Source of the DNA: a virus
Lineage: Duplodnaviria; Caudoviricetes
IMG/VR virus record: IMGVR_UViG_3300036853_000133
Coordinates: 1-61,570 of that record
DNA length: 61,570 nucleotides
Direction: 5' to 3' (one strand)
The position numbers and the translations under genes were made by a program. The notes under the pieces were generated by a model. It was not told the DNA's origin. It ran no database searches and was given only the letters and a program-made list of their open reading frames with translations. Position 1 is the first letter of the stretch. Each line of letters starts with the position of its first letter. This document shows positions 45,979 through 55,591 of the stretch, one piece after another.

Positions 45979-47969
45979 GTACCCAGCAAATTCAAGCGGC
46001 GTTGACGGCCAGGCATGCCCGCATTGGTGATCTGAACAGCCTGCGCAACAGCCGCACGCGCCGCAGCCGCGGACATTCGTGCAATCGTCTCATCCCCGTT
46101 CGCACCTTTGAGATCGACCGACATGCTGATATTGATCGGGCCTGAGTTTCCCCCGCCTGCCATCGCGACATTGTTCGGAATGATCTGCGCGCCCTTCGGC
46201 ACGTTCATCAGCTCCGGACCCCCCTCACCCACCCACGAAAGACCACCTGGCCAATTGTCGGTGCCGCCGGCATTGTGGCCGATCCCGCCCTGTCCGAGCA
46301 CGGCGCCACCAGGAAGAACACCTCCGCCCGCCCCGCCAAGAAGAGACCCCAGCGCATTCGCAAGCGGACCCACAATCGCCTGACGAATCGCAAGCCGTGC
46401 AAGATCACGCAGGATCGAGTTCGCCATGTCGCGAAAGCCGTCCGAAACAGATTTCGTCCCCGTGACGATATCGGCAAGTCCATCCGTGACCGTATTCACG
46501 CCGCTGGTTGCGAACTCATCGAGCCCCTTGCGGGCATTGCGGGCATCAAGCTCAAGCTGTTTGAGCCCCGGTAGGTAAGCTTGCCGAACCGTCAACGCGT
46601 CTGCCGCGTCTTTCGATTCACGCAAGATCACAACAGTCGCCCTCTGGACCTCGTTCTCGGTCAACCCGAACTTCACCTTGTCCTGCGCGAGCTGCGCGAG
46701 CTTCACATCAACGATCTGCTGTTCGGTCGCGACTGCAAGACGCTCGCGTGTTGCCAGCGCAGACGCCTTCATGGTCAGATTGAATGCAGCCAGCGCCCGC
46801 GATGCCGTGCCGTCGCTCAATCCACCCTTCTCCGCAGCCGCTGCGATCTCAAGGCGCTTCTGTTTCCATTGCTCGCCTTGCGTGATCGCATCGCCGATCA
46901 GCGCGAGATTCTTGCGCAGAATCTCCAGTTCTACGGACGGAGAACCTGCCCCCGTAGCTGCCGGCACAACCTCAGGAGTTCCTCCGGTCCTGATCCTGAG
47001 CGGTCCACCTGGCAGCGCGTCGAAGCGATCTGCGAACGACGCCGGCTGCGCCTCGCCGGTTGCTTTCGATCTCTCCTTTGCGGCCGTGATGCGCTCGACC
47101 AATTGCGCAATTGCGAGCAGGACTGTAGCAGAATCCTTCTCAAGGGTCAGGATCGCATCGGAAAACATCCCTCCCCAGATATTCTTGGTCTTCTTCTCGA
47201 TCGCCTCGATCTCAACGCGGAGCTGCGCCGCGCGCTCGATCTGTTTTTCATCAATCTTCGGGTTGTTCGCCTCCAGCCCGGTCAAGCCGCCTTGCTTGCC
47301 CAAAGTATCCAGGAGACGCACGCCGGCAAGCCCGGCCTTGCCGCCCGCCGCCTTTGCGATATCAAGCTTGTCCGTCTGGTTGTTGAGCTTGATGAATGCC
47401 GCGACCAGAAGATCAACGGCCTTCGCGCTGTCTTTAGTAGTCGACAGTTGCCGCAGTAGACCGGTGTCCACCTTCAGCAGCGCTTCGTAAAGCGGCCCCT
47501 GCCCTTCGCGAAGCTGGCCCAGATTGGCAATGAACTTGATGAAGAATGCCGATGTCTCCTCGAAATCCAGACCAACTGTCTTGCCGGCCGAACCGAGCTG
47601 CTTGAATTGATTGATCGACAGCCCGGCAGTGTCCGCGCCTTCCTTCAGCAGCTTGGCTTTATCGGCGAACTCCCCGGTCTTGCTTGCGAGAAATGTAATC
47701 GCTCCAGCGACGACGCCGATCGCAACTGCTGCAGCCGCACCTTTGCCGCCGAGCGACGACAGCAGATCGCCGAGAAAACCGATATTGCCCCTTGCTTGTG
47801 ACGAGACCGCGTTGAGTTTGTTGTTGATCGTCGTATTCAACGCAGAGAACTTGCCTTCGATCTCCTTGGTGCGCTTGTCGGCTATATCGACAGCGCCCTT
47901 CATATCCTTCTCGAACTTCGTCAGTTGCGCCGAAAGCGCGACCACGAGCGCTGCTGTATCATCAGCCAT
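45975..47969 (-). CDS. tape measure protein
   Basis: LVVALSAQLTKFEKDM N-terminus; Ala-rich helices; WVGEGGPEL. Confidence 0.9.
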   Translation of the reverse strand: MADDTAALVVALSAQLTKFEKDMKGAVDIADKRTKEIEGKFSALNTTINNKLNAVSSQARGNIGFLGDLLSSLGGKGAAAAVAIGVVAGAITFLASKTGEFADKAKLLKEGADTAGLSINQFKQLGSAGKTVGLDFEETSAFFIKFIANLGQLREGQGPLYEALLKVDTGLLRQLSTTKDSAKAVDLLVAAFIKLNNQTDKLDIAKAAGGKAGLAGVRLLDTLGKQGGLTGLEANNPKIDEKQIERAAQLRVEIEAIEKKTKNIWGGMFSDAILTLEKDSATVLLAIAQLVERITAAKERSKATGEAQPASFADRFDALPGGPLRIRTGGTPEVVPAATGAGSPSVELEILRKNLALIGDAITQGEQWKQKRLEIAAAAEKGGLSDGTASRALAAFNLTMKASALATRERLAVATEQQIVDVKLAQLAQDKVKFGLTENEVQRATVVILRESKDAADALTVRQAYLPGLKQLELDARNARKGLDEFATSGVNTVTDGLADIVTGTKSVSDGFRDMANSILRDLARLAIRQAIVGPLANALGSLLGGAGGGVLPGGAVLGQGGIGHNAGGTDNWPGGLSWVGEGGPELMNVPKGAQIIPNNVAMAGGGNSGPINISMSVDLKGANGDETIARMSAAAARAAVAQAVQITNAGMPGRQRRLNLLGT

Positions 47970-47977
47970 AAACGAAC

Positions 47978-48208
47978 CTATGCATCGCCGTGCGCGGCTT
48001 TCGCAGCTTCGAATTCTTCAGCGGTAGGCGCCTCAACCGCTTCTGCGTCTTGCGATTCGTTCCAGCCATCAACGCAGGCTGCATATTGAAAGAGGCTCAT
48101 TTCCCCGATCTGTTTCGGCGAAAAGCCCATCACTGCGCCGTTTCGGTAGAAGGCGGCGACGGAGAGTCTTTGGCTCCCCGGCGCTTCCGACGCCGCCCTT
48201 CTTTTCCC
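47978..48208 (-). CDS. tail assembly chaperone gpT portion (-1 frameshift product)
   Basis: G-GGA-AAA slippery site at 48202-48208; -1 frame reads FYRNGAVMGFSPKQIGEMSLFQY..DGW. Confidence 0.75.
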   Translation of the reverse strand, partial: GKRRAASEAPGSQRLSVAAFYRNGAVMGFSPKQIGEMSLFQYAACVDGWNESQDAEAVEAPTAEEFEAAKAAHGDA

Positions 48209-48528
48209 ACCGGTTCTTCCGGATCGCCCGCGAGCGCATTGAGTAGGATCGCCTGAGCGATCAGAACATTTGCTGTCAGGCGCCCTTCGCGCACGTTCTC
48301 GTCAACGAGCTTGCGCGCAGCGCCGCCATCCACGCCCGCGCCGATGAGACCGATGCGGATCGTTTCCTGCAAATCCTCAACGCGCCACATGCCTGTTTGC
48401 AGACGCACCAGGATTTCGTAAGGGCCGGAATCGCGCTTGACCTGCAGCGACAGAAGCTCCGCGATGCCTAGACGAAACTTCCGCTCATCCCCGGCCCAGA
48501 CGAGATCAACCGATCCGTCAAAGCTCAT
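48130..48528 (-). CDS. tail assembly chaperone gpG (GTA-gp10-like)
   Basis: WAGDERKFRLGI..ETIRIGLIGAG. Confidence 0.8.
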   Translation of the reverse strand: MSFDGSVDLVWAGDERKFRLGIAELLSLQVKRDSGPYEILVRLQTGMWRVEDLQETIRIGLIGAGVDGGAARKLVDENVREGRLTANVLIAQAILLNALAGDPEEPVGKEGRRRKRRGAKDSPSPPSTETAQ

Positions 48529-48968
48529 GAGCCAGGAACGAAGGCAGAGAGCGCACCATCCGATTCCAGAGAAATGCTCGCTTGGGCATTGTCGTTGCGA
48601 TCGCCGTTGATCTCCCATCCGGTCAGATGGAAGGCGCCGCTCCAGTGCCCCATCGTGCCGAGATAGATCCGCACGTTGCGCGAGTCGACGTCGCGGAACC
48701 ATGCGTCATAGAAGCTGATCACTGCCGCCTTGTTGTCAAGCGTACCGGCGCCATCGATCGAAGCACTCAGGGCGTCCTTGATCGCCTCCGACCATGCAGG
48801 GTCTTCCGGATTGTCGCAATCCGGGATGATCACCTTGTTGGTACTGGACGCGAATTTGATTCCGCGCTTGGTGTTGATGAGGCAAGGATGCGCAAACACC
48901 TCCGGCGATGAACCATCGCCAACCTTGATATAGAGCTGTGTTCCCCGAAGCGGAGTAATCGCGACCAT
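48525..48968 (-). CDS. tail tube protein
   Basis: IKVGDGSSPEVF..PDCDNPEDPAW..ISLESDG. Confidence 0.88.
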   Translation of the reverse strand: MVAITPLRGTQLYIKVGDGSSPEVFAHPCLINTKRGIKFASSTNKVIIPDCDNPEDPAWSEAIKDALSASIDGAGTLDNKAAVISFYDAWFRDVDSRNVRIYLGTMGHWSGAFHLTGWEINGDRNDNAQASISLESDGALSAFVPGS

Positions 48969-48978
48969 GACGGTCTCC

Positions 48979-49386
48979 TTAGATGTTGTGGGTGATCAGA
49001 TAGCGGAACTGAATTGCCGCATGCCGCGTCTTGCCGTCAGGATCACGCAGGTACTGGCATTGCTGAAACTGGATAACCGACACTTCAAATCCCGATAGCG
49101 CAATCGGTATCTTCAGAGCTGTGCGAATGGCAGCGGCGATTGATTTGACTTCAGGATACCCAACCGCACGCGACCATGCGTCGACCTGAATGAATATCTC
49201 AGAGCCATCGCCGCAATCTTCCGTATCGTCACCAATGATCTGCCCGTCACCCACAGTCACATATGGAAACGTCGGTACCGGCGGAACCTCATCGTAAATC
49301 CTGCCGGCGACAACGGCAGGAAGCGCGCCATTTGCTCTGAGCGCAGCGAAGACCGCGCCCTGCAGAAGAAGGCTTGGATCGCTCAT
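48979..49386 (-). CDS. tail terminator (DUF3168)
   Basis: RIYDEVP..FPYVTVG..RDPDGKTRH. Confidence 0.85.
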   Translation of the reverse strand: MSDPSLLLQGAVFAALRANGALPAVVAGRIYDEVPPVPTFPYVTVGDGQIIGDDTEDCGDGSEIFIQVDAWSRAVGYPEVKSIAAAIRTALKIPIALSGFEVSVIQFQQCQYLRDPDGKTRHAAIQFRYLITHNI

Positions 49387-49784
49387 TCTGCCGATCTCTT
49401 CTTGATCGATGCCGTGATCTTGCGCTTCATCGCCGAGACGATCTTCCTTTTGCGCAGACGATAGGTCGGAAAGAAAAACGGCTTGGCCGGCATCTTCTGC
49501 GTGCCGAATTCATCTGCCCTCGCGTAGTCGTAGGGCTTCGATGATATAGCTGTTCGAACCGTCAACCTACCGCCAGCGACAACACGAACCTGCGTATCGA
49601 TCTTGCCTGGTATGACATTGACGGAATGCTCAAGGTTTCCTGTTTCACCCTTCGGGGCGACGCTTTCGATCAACGCTGCAAGGCCGAGCGCCTGATTGTG
49701 CAACTCGCTGACCGCGCCGTCATGAACCTCTTGCTTTAGGTTATCGATCAGCTTCTTGAATCGTTCAACGCTGGCGTTCGCCAT
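49383..49784 (-). CDS. HK97 gp10-like tail completion protein
   Basis: APKGETGNL, EFGTQKMPAKPFFFP. Confidence 0.88.
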   Translation of the reverse strand: MANASVERFKKLIDNLKQEVHDGAVSELHNQALGLAALIESVAPKGETGNLEHSVNVIPGKIDTQVRVVAGGRLTVRTAISSKPYDYARADEFGTQKMPAKPFFFPTYRLRKRKIVSAMKRKITASIKKRSAE

Positions 49785-50137
49785 TATGTCGCAACCCCAG
49801 CGTCACATTCCATGTCGATGAATTTGTCTTTCTCATCCGGGTTCACGATCGAGCGGATATTGTATATCGTCCCCGAGCGCACATCGCGTGCACGCCATTC
49901 CGACTTGACCATGCGCATATTGGATGACGATCGAACCGTGATGACCACCGGCTGAGACCCGGCGAGCCTCGCGGCCTGGATCGTCTCTCCGCCTCGCGCC
50001 GGCTTGATCCGTGCCGCCGCCCTGAAGCGCTCGACCCAATCCGCCTGCGAATTTCCGTATCCATCCGATTGCAGCGCACGCTGATCGAATGCAACGATCT
50101 CCCGCAACCCGCCGGCCGTTGTTCTATCCTGCGCCAC
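49784..50137 (-). CDS. head closure protein (head-tail adaptor)
   Basis: AGGLRE..DGYGN..W..GGE..YNIRSI. Confidence 0.85.
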   Translation of the reverse strand: MAQDRTTAGGLREIVAFDQRALQSDGYGNSQADWVERFRAAARIKPARGGETIQAARLAGSQPVVITVRSSSNMRMVKSEWRARDVRSGTIYNIRSIVNPDEKDKFIDMECDAGVAT

Positions 50138-50140
50138 GAT

Positions 50141-50326
50141 TCAGCGGCCAACGGGAAGAGCTTTGATGCGGTCAGATTGCGCCGGCTTTGTCATCCTGGC
50201 CTTGCCGGCCGCAATCGCCGCGTCGCCACAAGCCTGAGGAACGGCCATTTCCATGCCCTTCTTGTACGCAATTGTCGTTCTGGGGTTTGGATGCCAATCG
50301 AAGTCGGCGATGAATTTAACGCGCAT
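50141..50326 (-). CDS. small head-associated protein
   Basis: MRVKFIADFDW..YKKG..VPQACGDAAIAAGKA. Confidence 0.6.
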   Translation of the reverse strand: MRVKFIADFDWHPNPRTTIAYKKGMEMAVPQACGDAAIAAGKARMTKPAQSDRIKALPVGR

Positions 50327-51170
50327 GCTCGCCCCTGTAGCGTTCGAAAGCAGCAACGATCGAATGCCTGTCGTCGCTCTCCCATACCAAACGCTGCGTT
50401 TCCAGTGCACCAGGCACTTGCCCGCCGCGATCAATCCCGCTTGCAAAGAAATGAGAGCTACGCGCGGCAGGATTATTCGACTCATCATTGATCGGCCGAA
50501 AGATCAGGCAGGGCGCCCCAAGACCAATCGCCAGCCATGCCGGTCCGCTCGATACGAACAGATTGCAGAACGCAGACGCGTATAGATTGGCCCGCGCAAC
50601 TATGCCTGTTGAGGCTTGCGGTATAGTACGGAACCCGCCGATAGGCGTATGCGCCTGAAGGCTGTCCCGCACGAATAACACCTTGAACCCACTCCGCTGG
50701 ATCTCCCCTGCGGCATCAATCCATTCCTCTTTGTCACTGTTGCGCTCAGGCCAATGCTCACACTCACGAAGCGTGATCGTGACAAATCCCTTCTCGGCAA
50801 CCGGACAAGGAGCGCGCAGCGTCGCACCCGTCTTCGACATAGCCTCGACAAAGACTCCAAGCCCGTACAGACGATCAAGGTTTCCGATCGATGGAGCCTT
50901 CAGAGCCCCGCGTTCGCTGCGCTGTGCGCTAAGACACGACGGCAATAGCGAGCACATTGGCATGACGAGGTTGTTCAGCAGGCCTTCACGCTCGGCAACC
51001 GAAAACGGCCACAATCGATCACGCCGAAAACCGCCAACCGTACCTGGAAGAAACTCGACGCTGCAATGGGTTTCCTGACGCCTGATCCGCTCGCACTCCA
51101 CATGCAGCAGGAACGACACGAAGTCATATGTCGGGGGACACAGCGCAAGATCGTAATAAGCCGTCAGCAT
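50316..51170 (-). CDS. GT-B/GT9-like glycosyltransferase
   Basis: VTITLRE..RNS..W; LYASAFCNLFVSSGPAWLAIGLGAPCLIF resembles the GT9 DSGPxHLA motif. Confidence 0.6.
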   Translation of the reverse strand: MLTAYYDLALCPPTYDFVSFLLHVECERIRRQETHCSVEFLPGTVGGFRRDRLWPFSVAEREGLLNNLVMPMCSLLPSCLSAQRSERGALKAPSIGNLDRLYGLGVFVEAMSKTGATLRAPCPVAEKGFVTITLRECEHWPERNSDKEEWIDAAGEIQRSGFKVLFVRDSLQAHTPIGGFRTIPQASTGIVARANLYASAFCNLFVSSGPAWLAIGLGAPCLIFRPINDESNNPAARSSHFFASGIDRGGQVPGALETQRLVWESDDRHSIVAAFERYRGEHAR

Positions 51171-52217
51171 TCAGGACCGACCTGAAGCAGATCGCGCATG
51201 CATCAGCAATCTGGAACTCGTGACCTCGACATCATGCCATTGCGCTTCATCGCTCACTTGGCGCTTGATCCGAAGCGCAGTTTCCGAGAACTTGATCTGC
51301 TGCGGATCGGCCCGATCCCCGACGAACCGGCGCAGGATCGCGTTTCTATTGCCACCCCGCATCCGTGAATCAACATGCGTGTCGTGCAGCGAGAACACCA
51401 TCACGTCATCTGAATCCACTGCATGCACGACCTTGCCGTTCTTTGCGATCTCTGACGTGTAGTGCCCATCGAGCGTGCCGTTCGTGATTCCCCGCTTGTA
51501 GTGCGCATCGTCGCGCTTTACCCGCAACACCAGCGCCGTCTGATGATAGGCCCGAACGACAGCCCCGTCTTCCCCGACCCGAAACAGCAGATATGATGGA
51601 AAATGTGTGAACGATGGCGCATCCCAATAACGATAGCTTGCCTCACGATGCAGCGAAGACAGACAGATATCCGCGAGCGCCCGCGGCGTTACATCGATCG
51701 TATCACCCGATCGCCATCCCTCAAGCGCAGCTTTGCCAACCTGCAAATCGACCGGCATGCAAAACCCGAGAACCGCATCGACATCGTCGCCTAACAACCG
51801 GACCGCACCAGGCAGCGCACCATTTGCCCAGACGAAATCCGCATAATTGAAGATCAGCGCGTCATGCTCGCCGGCCCGTACCATCGCGAGGTTCTGCAAC
51901 AGCGTCAGGAACCCGTACTTGCGAGCGTCCGTGTTGCTTGGTCCGTCACCCAGATCGAGATCTTCAAACCAGTCCCACGCAATCGTGCAATGCTCAGCAA
52001 GCCTCGCGATCACCGGCATTGCGTTCAGCTTCTGATAGTCCGCATACGATGTCGCGATATGAACCGTGATCGCGTTGTCGCGCGCAAGCGCCGGAAGATT
52101 CCCAGACGCAAGCAGACTTGCAAACGAAAACCGCGCCAACAGTTCAACGTTCTTGTCACCCCATGCGGCGACAGACAGGCAGATATTCACGACGCCATCT
52201 TCAAAACGCGATGCCAC
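51171..52217 (-). CDS. putative GT-A-like glycosyltransferase
   Basis: VAAWG..SLLASGNLPAL, IFNYADFVW; context. Confidence 0.5.
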   Translation of the reverse strand: MASRFEDGVVNICLSVAAWGDKNVELLARFSFASLLASGNLPALARDNAITVHIATSYADYQKLNAMPVIARLAEHCTIAWDWFEDLDLGDGPSNTDARKYGFLTLLQNLAMVRAGEHDALIFNYADFVWANGALPGAVRLLGDDVDAVLGFCMPVDLQVGKAALEGWRSGDTIDVTPRALADICLSSLHREASYRYWDAPSFTHFPSYLLFRVGEDGAVVRAYHQTALVLRVKRDDAHYKRGITNGTLDGHYTSEIAKNGKVVHAVDSDDVMVFSLHDTHVDSRMRGGNRNAILRRFVGDRADPQQIKFSETALRIKRQVSDEAQWHDVEVTSSRLLMHARSASGRS

Positions 52218-53311
52218 CCCGGAACGTCCACACCCGAACCGATCGCGCTCAAGACCTCGACAAGCGGAAGATCAGAGGCCTCGATCAGTTTGCGATTCTC
52301 ACGCGAGAGCGGCACGCCCTCCATCGCCTTCAAAAAGTCATCGGCCGAGATCGGCGGCAGCATGATATCGCTGATATCGCCCATCGCGTTCGTGGCGAAC
52401 CATCCCCACTTGTGCGCGATCTTGTTGCACATGAAGAGCTTGAACACCGCACGCATCATCGCATTGCGCAGCTCTATGAATTCCACATTGTCGCCGAACG
52501 CCGCGTTGATCGAGGCGACGCAATCCTGCAGATGCGCGAGCTGCGTTCCACGATGGCTGGCGTTGTTGCGGTCGACCGCCGTCATCACGCACGGCTCATC
52601 GAGATAATACACATCGCCCTGCGTCGCGGCGCCGGCCAGGATCGCGTATCCCGCCTGCCAGCGCACGCCGTCAGCGCGACCGAGCGAGCCCGACGCCTTG
52701 AACTTCACGGTATCGAACACCGTCGCGCCGATGACGATGTTGCGGTTCTTCGGATCTTGCGCGAAGAGCCTGAGATATTCGGTTCCGCGGATGAACCCCG
52801 GCGGGAAGAGCGTACCCCAGAACACCTGCGTCTTGTCGACGTCCAGGAACGAGTAGCTGACGTAATCCTCATTCGGAGCGAGCTTCGGCACGGGATGCGG
52901 ATAGCAATGCACCATGCCACCTTGGACGAACGCGATCGAGCGATGTTTGGTGAACGCTGCGACCGCTCTGCTGATCAGGTTCGTTGGCAACCAATAGTCG
53001 TCATCGCAGAGATAGACGAACATGTCGCCATCGCAGAATTCTTCCAGGAAACGCTTGATGATCGCAAGGTCGCCCGACTTCGAACCGACATTGACCTCGT
53101 TGCGAACGTAGCGAAGACGCGGGCTCACGAACTCGGCCACGACATGCGGCGTGTCATCCGCCGAACAATCGTCGATCACGACAACGTCAATGTTGTCGTA
53201 GTCCTGCGCCAGCACCGACGCCAGTGCGCGACGCAGCAGCGCTGACCGATTGAATGTCGTGATCAGAACAGAGACTTTTGGCGCCACGTTCGGAGCTTTG
53301 ACCGGATTCAT
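52187..53311 (-). CDS. GT2 glycosyltransferase
   Basis: VSVLITTFNR..SVLAQDY..IDDCSADDT..YLCDDD. Confidence 0.92.
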   Translation of the reverse strand: MNPVKAPNVAPKVSVLITTFNRSALLRRALASVLAQDYDNIDVVVIDDCSADDTPHVVAEFVSPRLRYVRNEVNVGSKSGDLAIIKRFLEEFCDGDMFVYLCDDDYWLPTNLISRAVAAFTKHRSIAFVQGGMVHCYPHPVPKLAPNEDYVSYSFLDVDKTQVFWGTLFPPGFIRGTEYLRLFAQDPKNRNIVIGATVFDTVKFKASGSLGRADGVRWQAGYAILAGAATQGDVYYLDEPCVMTAVDRNNASHRGTQLAHLQDCVASINAAFGDNVEFIELRNAMMRAVFKLFMCNKIAHKWGWFATNAMGDISDIMLPPISADDFLKAMEGVPLSRENRKLIEASDLPLVEVLSAIGSGVDVPGWHRVLKMAS

Positions 53312-54081
53312 GCGTGCGAGAACCCCAAAACGCGCGCCAGATGTTGCGCCGGGAGCGGATGATCCTCAACTCCCGCTGCTGCGCGATACACGATCAGCAA
53401 ACCATTGCCGATCGGGAGCAGTAGCGTTCCGATGTCGGACCTGCCCTGATAGTGGTTCAGCAGATCGCGACAACCCACGCCCTTCGCCGTCGTCGGCTCC
53501 TTGTTGAGCGCATCGCCATGAAAAAAGACATCGTCGACAACGAGCATCCCACTTTCGCTCAACAACGCCTCGCACGTCTGCGCGGCCACCAGATAGTCTT
53601 GCTTGCCGCCATCGAGAAAGATCAGATCGAACTTGTGCGGCAACATCGCAAGGCTGGCCAGCACCGATCTTCCTTCCCCCTCCATCAGCGTGATGCGGTC
53701 CGACAGACCGTTGGCGGAGAAATTCTGTTCGGCCAGATGTGCGAACTCCGAGCCGCATTCGATCGTCACGATACGCGCATCCTCACCCGCAGCCTTGACC
53801 AGATGCATGGTCGTGTGACCGATGAAGGTCCCGATCTCGAGGATCGACTTTGCACCCGTCGCCTTGATGAGGAACACCAGCAGCGACAACGCCGCGGGCG
53901 TGCTGCTCATTTCCTCAAAGCCGACATGCGCTGGTGTCTTCAGACGGAATTGGTCCGGCGAACGACCCGCTGAAAACTCCATCACAGATCGCGCGATCGC
54001 CAGGCTGTATCCTCCACCCTCGAAAAGGCGCGAAAAATACGGCTGCGTCGGCAGCACCTTGTCGCAATAGCGGATCGACAT
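53308..54081 (-). CDS. O-methyltransferase (Methyltransf_3/24-like)
   Basis: ILEIGTFIGHTT, FDLIFLDGGKQDY, VVDDVFFHG, LPIGNGL. Confidence 0.9.
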   Translation of the reverse strand: MSIRYCDKVLPTQPYFSRLFEGGGYSLAIARSVMEFSAGRSPDQFRLKTPAHVGFEEMSSTPAALSLLVFLIKATGAKSILEIGTFIGHTTMHLVKAAGEDARIVTIECGSEFAHLAEQNFSANGLSDRITLMEGEGRSVLASLAMLPHKFDLIFLDGGKQDYLVAAQTCEALLSESGMLVVDDVFFHGDALNKEPTTAKGVGCRDLLNHYQGRSDIGTLLLPIGNGLLIVYRAAAGVEDHPLPAQHLARVLGFSHA

Positions 54082-54092
54082 GCAAAACCCTG

Positions 54093-54704
54093 TCAGCGAT
54101 AGACGCGCAGCTTGTCGCAAAGAGATTTCACGCCAGGCGCCAGATTGGACAGCGCTCCCACCGTCGTCTCTTCGCGGTTTTCGTACCAATGCCCGACCAG
54201 CAGAAGCACAGCGGCACGGGCGAGATATGGCAAGCGCAAATCCGGATCGTCGCCCGTTCCGGTATGGCCCGGCACGTCAAACCCCGCATCGAAGGTCACG
54301 AACACCGTATCGCGCCGCTCATTGAGAAGCGTTGGCCATGAATACGACCGCACGAACGAGACCGTTCCCTTGCCCTGCGTGTTCCGCCGCCACATCCATT
54401 GATCCGCGGCGATCGTCTGTTCCGCGCCGTTCGCATCCAAATATTTGACGCTCTCGACATCGCGCACGGGCGCTGCCGGCAGATCGAGGTCATGGCAGCA
54501 ATGACACGGCCAGCCTTCCATCCGGAACTGAACGGTTGCCGGCGCAAGCCTAAGGTTGGTCTCACTCTCCACGAACTCGATCGCGGTCCTCAGATAGACC
54601 TCGATCATCACATCGTCATCGGTAAAATCAGCCGTGCGCGTGTGCGCCTTGGCTTCCGCCATCGACACTGCAAGTTCTGAGGCCGGTATGATCGTTGCCA
54701 GCAT
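54093..54704 (-). CDS. head-tail connector (gp6-like)
   Basis: VSMAEAKAHTR..DD..; AVLLLVGHWYENRE. Confidence 0.9.
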   Translation of the reverse strand: MLATIIPASELAVSMAEAKAHTRTADFTDDDVMIEVYLRTAIEFVESETNLRLAPATVQFRMEGWPCHCCHDLDLPAAPVRDVESVKYLDANGAEQTIAADQWMWRRNTQGKGTVSFVRSYSWPTLLNERRDTVFVTFDAGFDVPGHTGTGDDPDLRLPYLARAAVLLLVGHWYENREETTVGALSNLAPGVKSLCDKLRVYR

Positions 54705-55317
54705 CGAGCGCAGCCTCAAGTGTTGCGAACGGAAACGCAGTCAGTGCGGAATCAGGATTGGCGTTGAAGACTCTCACACCAAGCACATCAAGATCAGGCG
54801 CCGCTGCATGGAAGGCGCGGCGCCAACGAAACAGATTCGCCTCACTCGGATTGTTCAGGCCGCGCTGGTGACGGCCGTGCCAGTGAATTCCGCGGTCAAG
54901 CCGCATGTCGAAGCCGACAAGGATGATCTTCGAGGCTCCGAACTGAACCACAATATTGAGCGCCTGGAACCCTGAGTTACCGCCATCCCCAACAACACCA
55001 GCACGGGCCGTGAGTATCCGATCCGATTGCTCTTCAACCGTGATGTTGTTCAGCGCCAGAAATTGAGTGCATGCGCCGTTGTCGTTGGTGATCTTCGTTC
55101 CTGAAAACTCCGGAACTCCCTCTCGCGCCTTCCACCAATTGCCGTCGCATCCGTAGAGAACATCAGCCCATGGACACAGCCGCCACGATTCGTTGATGGC
55201 TATAAATCGAGCGCACCCGCGGAACGCTTCGAGGTTTGCCGACGCGGCTGACGGACCTGATCCGACGATGATGGCGCACTCGCCGCGCCAGTCTCGCCAC
55301 CAGCCGAAGCTAAAGGG
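54628..55317 (-). CDS. Maf/DUF115 (sialyltransferase-like fold) domain, expressed by -1 frameshift
   Basis: The open frame reads WRGECAIIVGSGPS..IAINESW..ADVLYGCD..GNSGFQALN..GASKIILVGFD; no ATG/GTG/TTG precedes the motif. Confidence 0.75.
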   Translation of the reverse strand, partial: PFSFGWWRDWRGECAIIVGSGPSAASANLEAFRGCARFIAINESWRLCPWADVLYGCDGNWWKAREGVPEFSGTKITNDNGACTQFLALNNITVEEQSDRILTARAGVVGDGGNSGFQALNIVVQFGASKIILVGFDMRLDRGIHWHGRHQRGLNNPSEANLFRWRRAFHAAAPDLDVLGVRVFNANPDSALTAFPFATLEAALDAGNDHTGLRTCSVDGGSQGAHAHG

Positions 55318-55577
55318 CCGGATGTGGCCGCCTTGTTCTGTGGCGCCGGCTCCATCTTGTTGACCGGCAAGGGCGCCATCTTGTCGGCGCGAATTTCATC
55401 CAGCTTCGACGCAGGAAGCGGAACAGCAAGACCTGCGCGCTCCATCTCGTTAGCGCGGGGCTCAGTGGCACAGAAAAATTCAGAGCCGGCATCAATGTAC
55501 CAGGTTCCGTCCGGCTGCTGGACGCCCTCGCCTGGACTGCCGTTGTAGGATTTCAGGGCCTTCATTCGGATTCGCAT
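55200..55577 (-). CDS. small post-capsid (head-associated) protein; frameshift donor
   Basis: AGGAGG RBS; NKM(A/E)P repeats; C-CCT-TTA at 55311-55317. Confidence 0.75.
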   Translation of the reverse strand: MRIRMKALKSYNGSPGEGVQQPDGTWYIDAGSEFFCATEPRANEMERAGLAVPLPASKLDEIRADKMAPLPVNKMEPAPQNKAATSGPLASAGGETGAASAPSSSDQVRQPRRQTSKRSAGALDL

Positions 55578-55591
55578 TCACGCCTCCTGCC

